Shown: in pieces, positions 10,271 through 19,798 of the stretch
How positions within the stretch are numbered: the first letter of the stretch is position 1
Layout of the letters: the number at the start of each line of letters is the position of its first letter
The notes under the pieces: model-generated
Told to the model about the DNA's origin: nothing
Database searches by the model: none
Seen by the model: the letters and a program-made list of their open reading frames with translations, nothing else
From: an uncultured archaeon
Lineage (GTDB): Archaea; Asgardarchaeota; Lokiarchaeia; Sigyniarchaeales; SOKP01
Assembly: GCA_964486045.1 (NCBI GenBank)
Contig: CAZALK010000021.1
Location: 1-64,000 of the forward strand
Direction of reading: 5' to 3'
DNA: 64,000 bases
Translations under genes and position numbers: made by a program

Positions 10271-10348
10271 ATTAAAGTAAATATTGTGTGTCCAAAGTGT
10301 GGTCATAAATTTATTGAATCTTTTTTTATTACTACGAAATCAAATTGA
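10271..10348 (+). pseudogene. Short remnant of a Zn-ribbon-bearing C-terminus (IKVNIVCPKCGHKFIESF...)
   Basis: CPKCGH motif in a 25-codon frame with a stop immediately upstream and no convincing start. Confidence 0.3.
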
Positions 10349-10532
10349 AGTGTTAACAAATACTCAAATTTCTATAAGAATATAACACACTGAATTTTGG
10401 TTTAATTGCTATATCTTAAGTATGAAAAATTTTTTAAGGGGTGTAGTAGATTTTATTTTATCGAGTTAACTTTTATTAACTCTTAAATAAATTTTCAATC
10501 TAACTAAAAAAATTAAACACTGGTAAGGAAAA

Positions 10533-12674
10533 ATGGGAAAAAAAGATAAGAAAAAGGTAAAAAAACCATCGCGCATGGGATGGGATGATTCTGAGAAAAA
10601 AGAAGAACTGGTAGCAGACGGATTAAAAAGAACAGATAAAGATGAGGGAAGAGTTGCATTAGTTGACAGAGATACTGCAACACCTGTTATTGAGACATAC
10701 GATGAGGATACTGGACAACTTGAAGGGAGTATTCTCTTGAAGAATGGTAATCGAGAGGGATTATTAGCATTAGTAAAAATCATTGAGGATGTCCAAGTAA
10801 AACAAGATCATGAGGCGAATGTTGAATCTTTTAGCTTTGGTGGAAAAATTAGTATTGAAAATCCAAGTAAAACAGATCGTTTATGGGACATTGACATTTC
10901 CCTAGAAAATATAGGTAGTACGAATTTAAAATCGAAGGATATATCAATAAGGGAATTAGGGTCTGAATATCCAGATAACGTTGATACCAGAGAATTTGAA
11001 TTAAAAAAGGACGTGCAAAATCTCTTTCTAGTTAAAGAATTTATCAGTACTCTTTCAGAAGCTAATCAAATCTTAAATATTAATGATATTGAAAGAGAAT
11101 TGTTAAATATTAAAGAAAAATCAGGCAAAATAAAGAAGAAAGTTGTCGTAACCATACCACCAACTACAAAAGAAGATGAAGATGATGATGGAGAAACATT
11201 GGAAGATGGTGGAACTGCTATTGAAACCGGTTTAGAGACTTTTGGTATTTCTATTGATAGAGAGAATACAATTACATTCGCAATTGCATTAAGGAATATG
11301 TTTGATAAACCTATTTCCGATATTGAAGTAATTAAAACTATACCAGATGATTTTACAAATCCTGTGGTGCAAGATACAACCGAAGGAAGAACAGAAATCC
11401 AAGGAGATAAAATAATTTGGAAGATAGATAAATTACGACCAGAATATACCGTTTTACTTAAATTTACATGTAGTATTACAGTAAATGACATCGCTAGAAG
11501 AAAAACAGGGACTATTGATGTTTCATATAAGGCTGCATCTTCTTTTGCCGAAGGCTTAGCAATTGATAAATTTGAAGCATATACACGAAACAAATTTTAT
11601 ATTGATACGCTTGAAAGAGACGAGGAACCAAACATTTGGGATAATAAATTAATCTTTGATAACTCATCTGATTTCATTATTCAGCTTTTCAATGCTGATG
11701 TATATTCTCCGGATGAGGAGACTAAAAAATTCGTTGATATTGATCCTAATGATGTTCCAATGTTACCATCAGGTGCCCAATGGCATTCGGTTAAATGGCA
11801 ATATGAAAGTTCCGATTATCCAACATTTAGGAAGAAACTTGAATTTAGAGTTGTACCTGACTATCAGTATAATGTTAACGTCACAGTTTCAATATCAGAT
11901 GTAATCTTAGAAATAGCAAGTATAACCGGGGAAATGGCTTATAATAAGGTTGAAACTCCAACATATAAAGCTCAAGATGTTATAGCTACTCTTAAAATGG
12001 CAAATAATGGTTCTGCTCCGTTGAACGAAATCGCAGTTATTCAACAAACTTTCACTGAAGAATACCAACCACCTAAAGTAAACGAGATTAAATTAACCTG
12101 GGATGGAGATGAAGTCGAACTCTCTTCAGGTGCGGTTAATTTTGAAATGGATGTTTTTACCATTTCTTTAAAAGATCTTAAAGGCACTAGTACGGGAATG
12201 CTTAAACCAGATTCAACTTTAGAATTTCAATACCCAATTCATTGTGTAAATCCGGTACGAGATTCAACATTTGGATCGGAAATTCTATTTCACGCAAATA
12301 CATTTCCTGTCAGCAACGAATTAGAATTTATACCTAAAGTTCCTGTAATTGAAGCTCTTCACATCAGAAGGAAATTCCGTTCAAGTAAAGAAGTTGTTCC
12401 AATTGGAGATCTTGGTAATTATAGAATCATTTTAACCATCGAAAATATTGGTGAATCGAATTTGCATGACCTTGTGTTACTAGACAAGGTTCCTGATTCA
12501 TTTGAGTATACACTAGACAATAGCGCATTAAAACCAAAGATCACTGATGAAGTAGGGCAAGATACCTTAAAATGGGAAATTGACGAACTGGAAGTTGGAG
12601 ATACTCTAGAGATCTCATATGAGATTAGTGGTACTGGTGAATATAGTCCATCAGATGCTCAATTAGCACTATAA
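10533..12674 (+). CDS. Acidic cytoplasmic beta-sandwich protein with mu-homology (adaptin mu/delta-COP)-like and DUF11-like repeats
   Basis: VKIIEDVQVKQDHEANVESFSFGGKISI and DIEVIKTIP...EGRTEIQGDKIIWKI resemble MHD strands by eye. C-terminal TIENIG...DKVP...LKWEI...ISY is Ig-like. No signal peptide. Confidence 0.5.
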   Translation: MGKKDKKKVKKPSRMGWDDSEKKEELVADGLKRTDKDEGRVALVDRDTATPVIETYDEDTGQLEGSILLKNGNREGLLALVKIIEDVQVKQDHEANVESFSFGGKISIENPSKTDRLWDIDISLENIGSTNLKSKDISIRELGSEYPDNVDTREFELKKDVQNLFLVKEFISTLSEANQILNINDIERELLNIKEKSGKIKKKVVVTIPPTTKEDEDDDGETLEDGGTAIETGLETFGISIDRENTITFAIALRNMFDKPISDIEVIKTIPDDFTNPVVQDTTEGRTEIQGDKIIWKIDKLRPEYTVLLKFTCSITVNDIARRKTGTIDVSYKAASSFAEGLAIDKFEAYTRNKFYIDTLERDEEPNIWDNKLIFDNSSDFIIQLFNADVYSPDEETKKFVDIDPNDVPMLPSGAQWHSVKWQYESSDYPTFRKKLEFRVVPDYQYNVNVTVSISDVILEIASITGEMAYNKVETPTYKAQDVIATLKMANNGSAPLNEIAVIQQTFTEEYQPPKVNEIKLTWDGDEVELSSGAVNFEMDVFTISLKDLKGTSTGMLKPDSTLEFQYPIHCVNPVRDSTFGSEILFHANTFPVSNELEFIPKVPVIEALHIRRKFRSSKEVVPIGDLGNYRIILTIENIGESNLHDLVLLDKVPDSFEYTLDNSALKPKITDEVGQDTLKWEIDELEVGDTLEISYEISGTGEYSPSDAQLAL

Positions 12675-12683
12675 AATTTAACA

Positions 12684-12706
12684 TTTTTTTTTAATTTTTT
12701 TTTTTT
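12684..12706 (+). terminator. Oligo-T archaeal terminator
   Basis: T9-AA-T12 tract about 10 nt after the stop at 12674. Confidence 0.6.
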
Positions 12707-12813
12707 CACAATGGTTTAATAAATCTTAAGCAAATTATTAAAGGAATAAACAGAAAAGTTTATTTTACTTATTATCAAAAAATTCTATAGTCTATAGGAA
12801 CTTTTTAGAAATT

Positions 12814-14505
12814 ATGATAAGGAAACGATATCAACTAAATTGGACTTTTGAATGCCCCGATGCGGTTCTTACATGTTCTGTTTTGAAATGTAGAGATAAA
12901 AATTTCTTAGCCTTTGGTGGTCACGATAAAAAATTATATTTAATGGATGAAAAAATGAATATAATTGATGACAGAGAATTTGATGGATGGTGCCGATGTA
13001 GTTACCCAATTGATTTAGATGGAGATGGCTGTGATGAGGTGCTAGTAGGTGCGGGAGATGGAAATTTCATGGTATTGAAATTGAATGTAGAAAAGAAAAA
13101 ACTCGTCGGATTAATGAGATATAAATCTTCTAAAAAAGTTAATTGTTGTATCGCAGGTGACCTAACAAGGGATGGAAATAACGAGTTAATAATTGGAAGT
13201 GAAGATAAGACAATCAAGATTTTTGACAATATTAAAGCAAAGGAACCAAAATTCATTTTCTACTATGATTCTTGGGTTACATCATGCACTCTAGGGTTTA
13301 TGCAATTACCAAATGAAAAAGAACCTCTTTATGGATTGTTAGTTGGTACGAAAAATGGAATGCTTCAGTTAATACGCTTCAAAGATTATCAGCCTGAAAT
13401 TGTATGGAATAAGAATTTCTCCTCCCAGATTAATACAATAAAGATTGGGGATGTAATTAATGACGGATTGAATGAAATTATCTTAGGGAATGATGATTCT
13501 ACAATGAAAATTCTTAATAGTGAAGGAGAACTACTAAAGGAAATTGAATTGGAAGAAGGACGCCCACTTACTCTATTAATTGAGGATATAGACGGAGATA
13601 AAGCCAACGAAATTGTTGCAGGATGTTCAGATGGTTCATTAAAGGTATTCCATAACCCTGCATTAGATTCAAAAGATATCGAGTTAAAATGGAAAACAAA
13701 AGTTCCAACTTCGATTAAAGATGTTTGTTTTCTTATAAGCGATGAACCAGATTTAAAACATATAGTATTTGGGGGATACGACCGTACAATTCGGAATGTA
13801 ACCGATTTTGAATGGGGTAAAAAACAAATTCTTAACATCACTCAAAAGATCCAAGCACCAGATATACAAGAAAGTAAGAAAAAATTAGTTGTTGATGATT
13901 TCACTAAAGTAAAAGAAGTTCCTTCGAATATTCGAGAATATATTTTTAAAATTTTAAAAGAAAAAGGATATATTAAAGAATTAGTAAAAGAATTAACAAA
14001 ATTAGGATATTCCCAGGAAGAAATATCTGAACAATTGGAGATAATGAATATTCAGAAATCTATACTGTATGAGAAAGTAATCTATCCTGTTTGGAGTCTC
14101 CCGGGTGAAGAAATAGAAAAGAAGGGAGAAATTGAGTTGCCTGTTGAAGAAAAGAAAGTATCAGTTAAACACATGGTAATCGAGGAGCCAATCAAAACAG
14201 GTAAAGAAAAATTAAGAGTAGCCCTAAATACAGAATCTGAAAAGGTTAAATCCTCAGAAAAGATAAAAGCTGAAGAGAAGGCAATTCCAACTAAAAAAGT
14301 CAGCACTGGGGAATCATTAAAAGAAATTATCATCCAATATTTAAATGAGAATAAATTGGTTGCCACTAAACCTAAATTTATAAACGATATAATTGCCAAA
14401 GGTTTCCCTAAAAATAGTATTGAAAAAGAAATTAATTCTTTAAAAGAACAAGGATTAATTATTTACTCAAGAGCAAAACCAAAAGGTTGGAGTCTGGGGA
14501 ATTGA
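12814..14505 (+). CDS. FG-GAP/WD40-like beta-propeller (BBS2/ITFG2-like) with C-terminal winged-helix-like domain
   Basis: Four DxDGDG/NE-type blades (DLDGDGCDEVLVG, DLTRDGNNELIIGSED, DVINDGLNEIILG, DIDGDKANEIVAG). C-terminus EKEINSLKEQGLIIYS..GW. Confidence 0.7.
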   Translation: MIRKRYQLNWTFECPDAVLTCSVLKCRDKNFLAFGGHDKKLYLMDEKMNIIDDREFDGWCRCSYPIDLDGDGCDEVLVGAGDGNFMVLKLNVEKKKLVGLMRYKSSKKVNCCIAGDLTRDGNNELIIGSEDKTIKIFDNIKAKEPKFIFYYDSWVTSCTLGFMQLPNEKEPLYGLLVGTKNGMLQLIRFKDYQPEIVWNKNFSSQINTIKIGDVINDGLNEIILGNDDSTMKILNSEGELLKEIELEEGRPLTLLIEDIDGDKANEIVAGCSDGSLKVFHNPALDSKDIELKWKTKVPTSIKDVCFLISDEPDLKHIVFGGYDRTIRNVTDFEWGKKQILNITQKIQAPDIQESKKKLVVDDFTKVKEVPSNIREYIFKILKEKGYIKELVKELTKLGYSQEEISEQLEIMNIQKSILYEKVIYPVWSLPGEEIEKKGEIELPVEEKKVSVKHMVIEEPIKTGKEKLRVALNTESEKVKSSEKIKAEEKAIPTKKVSTGESLKEIIIQYLNENKLVATKPKFINDIIAKGFPKNSIEKEINSLKEQGLIIYSRAKPKGWSLGN

Positions 14506-14508
14506 TCC

Positions 14509-14952
14509 CTAATCTGATTTTTTTATGAAAAAATCTTCTACAATCTTCTCAAAATGCTCAAATTGATTTAATTCAGAAAAATTTACCCCACTAAACTTTT
14601 GAACGAATAGTTGTAATATTGGATCTATCCTTTCAAAAAATTTCCTGACTAGTTTATCTGATTTTTTTTTAGACTTATCAGCCAGACCATACAATATTAA
14701 AGATTCTTTCATAGTATTATCGCTGGATTGTACGTCAGCCATTCTAAAGATAAATAATATATTTCCTGACTCCAAATACTCAATTGAACTATTACTGAAA
14801 GCAGTATCAGCAAATGCATTTATAGCAGATATAAAGGCTCCTCTGAGATCTTTACTTACTCCAAGTTCCTTCTGATCGGGTAGACTCTTAAAATCGTGAC
14901 TAACAAGGACAAATCCTCTAAATACAAAGCCAAGTTCGTAAAGCTCCTTCAA
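14509..14952 (-). CDS. Longin-like domain protein
   Basis: beta-beta-alpha-beta-beta-beta-alpha pattern, GFVLVSHDF...GAFISAINAFA...IEYLESGNILFIF; 147 aa. Confidence 0.65.
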   Translation of the reverse strand: MKELYELGFVFRGFVLVSHDFKSLPDQKELGVSKDLRGAFISAINAFADTAFSNSSIEYLESGNILFIFRMADVQSSDNTMKESLILYGLADKSKKKSDKLVRKFFERIDPILQLFVQKFSGVNFSELNQFEHFEKIVEDFFIKKSD

Positions 14953-15116
14953 TTTAAGATCAAATCCTTTAATTTCATATAGTTCCTATTACTAAATTAG
15001 AACGATTTTATATATTTAACTTTAAACTAAACTTTAATTAAATTTAAATGAAAACTATTTTAAGGATCATGTAAAATTATTGATCATAAATATTTAATAT
15101 AAGAAGGGAAAATTAT

Positions 15117-16331
15117 ATGAAAGTATTAGCTTTGGGAGGAACCGGGGACATGGGAAGAATGGCTGTAGCTATACTACTTGAATCTCCAAATGTAACTTCA
15201 ATAACAGTTGCAGATAAAAATTATGAACGGGCACAATATCTTGTCGATTTAGTTGGTTCTGAAAAACTAAAGGTGGTAGAAATAGATGTTACTCAGAAGA
15301 CTGACCTTATTAAACTCATTTCATCTCATGATTTAGTCATGAACACTGTTGGTCCTTTTTATAAATTCGCAACCGTAATTCTAGAAGCTGTTATAGAAGC
15401 TAGGAAACCGTATGTGGGTATATGTGATGATTGGAAACCTACATTAGATTTACTCGAAATGGATAATAATGCAAAAAATGCGGGAATCACTGCAATTATC
15501 GGAATGGGTGCAAGTCCGGGAATCACCAACCTAATGGCTGTTATAGCCTGCTCCAAACTTGATAAAGTTGATGAACTTATTACTGCTTGGGGTTACGGTA
15601 TTGGAGAAAGAAGGGGAAATAAACCCAAATATTTTATTGAACCGAAGAAATTTTACAATAAATTTAAAGATATGCCAGTGATTGCTAATGCTGCTATTAT
15701 GCATTTATTTTATGAAACTGCTGAAATTATCCCAACCTTTAAAAATGGTAAGATAATTGAGATTAAACCTCTTACAGATGCGAAACCACTTCAATTTCCT
15801 GGCTTTAAGGATACTTATGTTTGTCACATCGGTCATCCAGAACCTGTGACATTATCAAGAGTGTTAAACGTAAATTCCGTTTCGAACTTGATGTATATGG
15901 GTAAGACCATAACGGATATAGTGCGTAAATACACTCTACAGATATCGAATAAAGAGCTTACAGTTGTTGAAGCATCCATTAAATTTGGAGAGGAAGTAAG
16001 AGAAATGAATAGAAATGAAGAAGTCATCAAAGAATTCATAGATATGCCCCCAGGTTTAAGTGTTATTGCAACAGGAATAAAAGACGGAGCTCGAAAAAAA
16101 GTTGCAATAGCAAATAATCGTGTTCCATTTGGGGGGATGGCAGGGGTAACATCAATACCACTAGCAATAGTGGTAGAAAAGGTACTTAATGGTGAAATAA
16201 CAAAAAAGGGGGTTCTTACACCAGAAGAAGCAATCTTAGATCCTATAGACTTTTTCGATAGATATGCAAAATATTGTGGAGATAATCTAACAAATGAGGA
16301 TGTTTTGCTCATTAGAGAGGAAGATCTTTAG
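15117..16331 (+). CDS. Saccharopine dehydrogenase-like NAD(P)-binding oxidoreductase
   Basis: LGGTGDMG, NTVGPFY, GMGASPGITN, GHPEP, GVLTPE. Confidence 0.88.
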   Translation: MKVLALGGTGDMGRMAVAILLESPNVTSITVADKNYERAQYLVDLVGSEKLKVVEIDVTQKTDLIKLISSHDLVMNTVGPFYKFATVILEAVIEARKPYVGICDDWKPTLDLLEMDNNAKNAGITAIIGMGASPGITNLMAVIACSKLDKVDELITAWGYGIGERRGNKPKYFIEPKKFYNKFKDMPVIANAAIMHLFYETAEIIPTFKNGKIIEIKPLTDAKPLQFPGFKDTYVCHIGHPEPVTLSRVLNVNSVSNLMYMGKTITDIVRKYTLQISNKELTVVEASIKFGEEVREMNRNEEVIKEFIDMPPGLSVIATGIKDGARKKVAIANNRVPFGGMAGVTSIPLAIVVEKVLNGEITKKGVLTPEEAILDPIDFFDRYAKYCGDNLTNEDVLLIREEDL

Positions 16332-16440
16332 TTTGACTAAAATTATTGATTTTATACTTTCTCGATGACAAAACTATAAAATTAGGTAAAAATATTTCAT
16401 AAATATTCAAAACAACTACATTGGTGGGTGTGACAAAATT

Positions 16441-16950
16441 ATGGATAACGATTTAGATGCAAAATTTGATGAGAAGATAAAAGAACTAAAAGAAAAACTA
16501 CCACATAATGTTTCAGGTGCAAATTGTGCTGAATTAACACTAACTAGCGTTCTAGAAGTTCTTGGTCTCCAAGATTACGTTTATAACAACCTTATTATTC
16601 CATTTGGTGTCGGATTAGGTGGCTATAAATCTAAGAAAGGCTGGATGGGCCCATGTGGATCAGTAAGTGGAGGATGTGCAGCCACCGGGGTCATTTTGGC
16701 GGGAAAGGAAAGAATGACAAGCGAATTAAGACCCATGGCATATTATAAATCGGCAAAATTTGCCACAGAATTCGAGAAGGAGTTTGGATCTGTTGTATGT
16801 TCAGAATTATGTGGGTATGATTTGAGCGACCGAAATAATTTTGTTGAATATCAAAAAAACAATACATGGGCTAAAACGTGTAATTACTTTGTTATCTGGG
16901 CAGTTGATGCAGTAAGAAAAATAATGCAAAAAGAGTTAAGCAATTGGTGA
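16441..16950 (+). CDS. C-GCAxxG-C-C family putative redox protein
   Basis: NCAE, GPCGSVSGG, FGSVVCSEL and a terminal Cys. Confidence 0.85.
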   Translation: MDNDLDAKFDEKIKELKEKLPHNVSGANCAELTLTSVLEVLGLQDYVYNNLIIPFGVGLGGYKSKKGWMGPCGSVSGGCAATGVILAGKERMTSELRPMAYYKSAKFATEFEKEFGSVVCSELCGYDLSDRNNFVEYQKNNTWAKTCNYFVIWAVDAVRKIMQKELSNW

Positions 16951-17177
16951 CAGGAAAATTTCTGTCCATATTATGTTGTTACCATATACCATACATAATT
17001 TAATTTTTATTTCGTTTAACACTAAATGGTTTTTTTAATCTTATCTAAACTTTTTTTGAAATTTTATTTTTGTTTGAGTTTTTCTTTTCGAAATTAAAAA
17101 TTTTTTATACTAATAATTGTATATTAGAATTATTCAAAACTAAAATTTTAATTTTGTAAAGTGAAGGAGAAATAAAA

Positions 17178-17468
17178 ATGAGCGATACAGATGAGGATCG
17201 TTTCTGTCCCTATTGCGGAGTGGCATTAAAGTTTTCAGAGTTTCTGGAAGTTGTGTAAAATCACCCGTATTGGCAGCATATTCAAACAAAACACCCAGAT
17301 AAGTATTCTCAGAAGGAAACATGGGTACAGTTATATCAAGATTATTCTTCCCTTGGAATGGACATATCTACGTCAATATTAGTAATCTCTGAATTGTTTA
17401 ATGCCACGCCAGATGAAATAAAGTCGTTTTTAGAAAATGCTAATGTAAATTTTGAAGTTAATGATTGA
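17178..17468 (+). CDS. Small C2H2-like zinc-finger protein (86 aa if spliced; exons 17178-17228 and 17259-17468), interrupted by a stop-containing 30-nt insert
   Basis: SD-like GAAGGAG at 17163-17169, ATG 17178. Spliced product MSDTDEDRFCPYCGVALNHPYWQHIQTKHPDKYSQKETWVQLYQDYSSLGMDISTSILVISELFNATPDEIKSFLENANVNFEVND. In-frame TAA at 17256-17258. Confidence 0.75.
17229..17258 (+). other. Candidate BHB/BHL-type intron in mRNA
   Basis: Central helix GCAT(17223-26)/GTGT(17253-56), bulges TA^A and AA^A, 10-bp intron stem 17230-39/17243-52, exon-exon helix 17214-22/17262-69. Confidence 0.65.
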
Positions 17469-17537
17469 ATTTAGAATTAATGCATATATAACTCTTATAC
17501 TAGAGAATGAAACAACAAACATCTAAATAAGCATTTT

Positions 17538-17624
17538 ACTTCATTAATGGTTATTTCAGAATTATTTTATGCAACTAAAGAAGAAATAAAGTTGTTTTTA
17601 GTAAACGCCAAAATTATTAAGTAA
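17538..17624 (+). pseudogene. Diverged duplicate of the 3' end of the upstream zinc-finger gene
   Basis: Translates TSLMVISELFYATKEEIKLFLVNAKIIK*, versus TSILVISELFNATPDEIKSFLENA in the upstream gene; stops upstream in frame. Confidence 0.8.
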
Positions 17625-17899
17625 CTTTTTGGTGTTAAATATTTTCATCAACCTTCACTTTTAGAACAAAAATAAATAAGAATAGAGAGAAAAAATTTTC
17701 CATTTGTTGATTCAACTCATCTTTTTCATCTACACTAGTTAAGTATCAGATTACTCACAAATTTAAATTTAAAAGCAAAATTATTGAGGAAATAGTAAAC
17801 AAGATTGAATTATTGCCCTTTATATTAAAGCTGGGATTTACCACATCACTAATCAAACTATTATATTTTAAATGTCTAAAAAATAATAAAACTATAAAT

Positions 17900-19798
17900 C
17901 TAAGTAGCTTTAGGAATGATTAAGATAAAATTACTTCCCTTAGAATAATCCCCGGTGATTCTATCCTCAACCCAAATTTGTCCATTATATGTTTCAATTG
18001 CTTTTTTTACTAGCGTTAACCCAATACCCATTCCCTCAGATTGTTTTTCCTCCAAAAAACCTTTATGAAAAATTATTTTTTTTATGGAATCAGGTATACC
18101 TCTCCCATTATCTCTAAATTCCACTTTTATATAATTAATCTCTTCTTTTTTTTCCTCGGAAAATCTAATCAGAAGTTCTACTGTAGAATTCTTGTTATAT
18201 TTTACAGCGTTAACTAATATATTTTCAAATATTTCTCGTAAGATATTATTAGCTTTAACTAAATAGTCTTTCCTGGGAGTATCCACTTTTACATTTATCT
18301 TTTTTAATGTAAAACTTTTTTTCAAGAAATTTATTGAAACCTTCAAAACATCATATATAACTACATTTTTTAAATGTTTTTGAGATTCTTCAAGCTGGGA
18401 TAATTTTTGAACGTTTGAAATTAGTTTGGATCCTCTGTGGACTTGATTTTTTATTGACTCAAGCGATTCTTTCAAGTCTAGAGAAATATCCTTATCTAAT
18501 GAGTTTATCTCTAAAGTTAACTGAATTACTTGAAGAATATTATTCATATCGTGAGTTATAAGATCTTTATAAAAAGTTGTCCTCCTAAATGCTTCACGAT
18601 AATTTTGTTCAGATTCTTTTAATTTCTGTTCTGCTTCCTTATTATTAATATATCCTTTTAAACGGTTTCCAATATCCTTTATTAAAGATCTTTCTTCTTC
18701 AAGAAAAGGCTTATCCTCAAGGTAATAAACCTCAATCTCCAACACTTTTTCATGTATATTTACACTAGAGGACAATTTCCACTCAGTTATTTTAAAGTTC
18801 TCAGTTTTATATTCAACGTTATTTAGAGTTATTCTTGCGCAAGTTATAATGGGAAATTGCCAAGCAGGAGGAATTAATGCAAGAACACCTTGAAGTAATT
18901 CACCAGTCGAAGTGTCTGGATTTTCTGCTAAATCAGAAATTCCATACAAACATGTGAGTTCTTTCACCCGTTCCTTAAGATTATTTTCGGATTCTTTTAA
19001 TAATGCTTCGGCTTTTCGACTATCTGTAATATCAATCCATGAAACTAAATCAGCGAATTTACCTGCGTAAGGGGTAGAATGGGAATAATTTTCAATCCAC
19101 TTTATATTACCCGTTTTCGTTATTATTCTAAACTGGTAATTACGAACTATATCTTCTTCCCCAAGTTGTTTTTTTTTAGCTTGTTCCATAACAAATTCTA
19201 CAGATTCAGGATGAAATAATTTTCTAAATTCATTTTCAGACCAATTCATCATTTCTTTAGTAGAATAACCAATTATTTTTGCTAAAGTTTCATTTGCATA
19301 TTTGATTAATCCATCTTGGACTACACCGATTCCCATGAGAGATTGTTCAGAAATATTTCTAAATTTATCTTCCGATTCCATTAATTTCTTTTCTATTAAT
19401 TTCCGTTCTGTAATATCTACGAATTCCAAAAAAATACATATTGGTTCGTTTTCAGCGTTTTTTATGAGTGTTCCACTCATTTGTCCCATAAAAAGCCCCC
19501 CTTTTCTTGTTCTAAATCGATGTTCACCAACCGAAGAACCCTTAGCTACGATTTTTGAGAGAACGGCGTGAGATCTTTCTATCGTTCCTCCCCCAAGTTT
19601 TAATGAATTTTCCCCAATAAGTTCCTTAAAATTATTATAATTCCAAAATTTTAATAACGCTTTATTAACATAAAGAAAATCCCAGTTTAAATCTATAATA
19701 GCAATAGCATTGATGGATTCATCTAAAACTTTGGATTTTAAATAATCAATATCCAGCTTTTGCTCAATGGAACTTTGTTCATTCATTTTTCGATTCAT
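17900..19798 (-). CDS. PAS-domain sensor histidine kinase
   Basis: Two PAS/PAC units, ERVKELTCLY domain, H-box THDMNN, N-box NAVKY, DNGRG, GMGIGL. Confidence 0.92.
   Translation of the reverse strand: MNRKMNEQSSIEQKLDIDYLKSKVLDESINAIAIIDLNWDFLYVNKALLKFWNYNNFKELIGENSLKLGGGTIERSHAVLSKIVAKGSSVGEHRFRTRKGGLFMGQMSGTLIKNAENEPICIFLEFVDITERKLIEKKLMESEDKFRNISEQSLMGIGVVQDGLIKYANETLAKIIGYSTKEMMNWSENEFRKLFHPESVEFVMEQAKKKQLGEEDIVRNYQFRIITKTGNIKWIENYSHSTPYAGKFADLVSWIDITDSRKAEALLKESENNLKERVKELTCLYGISDLAENPDTSTGELLQGVLALIPPAWQFPIITCARITLNNVEYKTENFKITEWKLSSSVNIHEKVLEIEVYYLEDKPFLEEERSLIKDIGNRLKGYINNKEAEQKLKESEQNYREAFRRTTFYKDLITHDMNNILQVIQLTLEINSLDKDISLDLKESLESIKNQVHRGSKLISNVQKLSQLEESQKHLKNVVIYDVLKVSINFLKKSFTLKKINVKVDTPRKDYLVKANNILREIFENILVNAVKYNKNSTVELLIRFSEEKKEEINYIKVEFRDNGRGIPDSIKKIIFHKGFLEEKQSEGMGIGLTLVKKAIETYNGQIWVEDRITGDYSKGSNFILIIPKAT

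Noticed and set aside
17256-17258. Stop-codon readthrough (Sec/Pyl) as the explanation for the interrupted gene
   Set aside because: The codon is TAA, not TGA or TAG, and readthrough would leave 10 extra residues between the Cys and His pairs.
17140-17322. Minus-strand 60-aa ORF from the track
   Set aside because: Antisense shadow of the plus-strand zinc-finger gene, which has an SD, a motif and a paralogous fragment.
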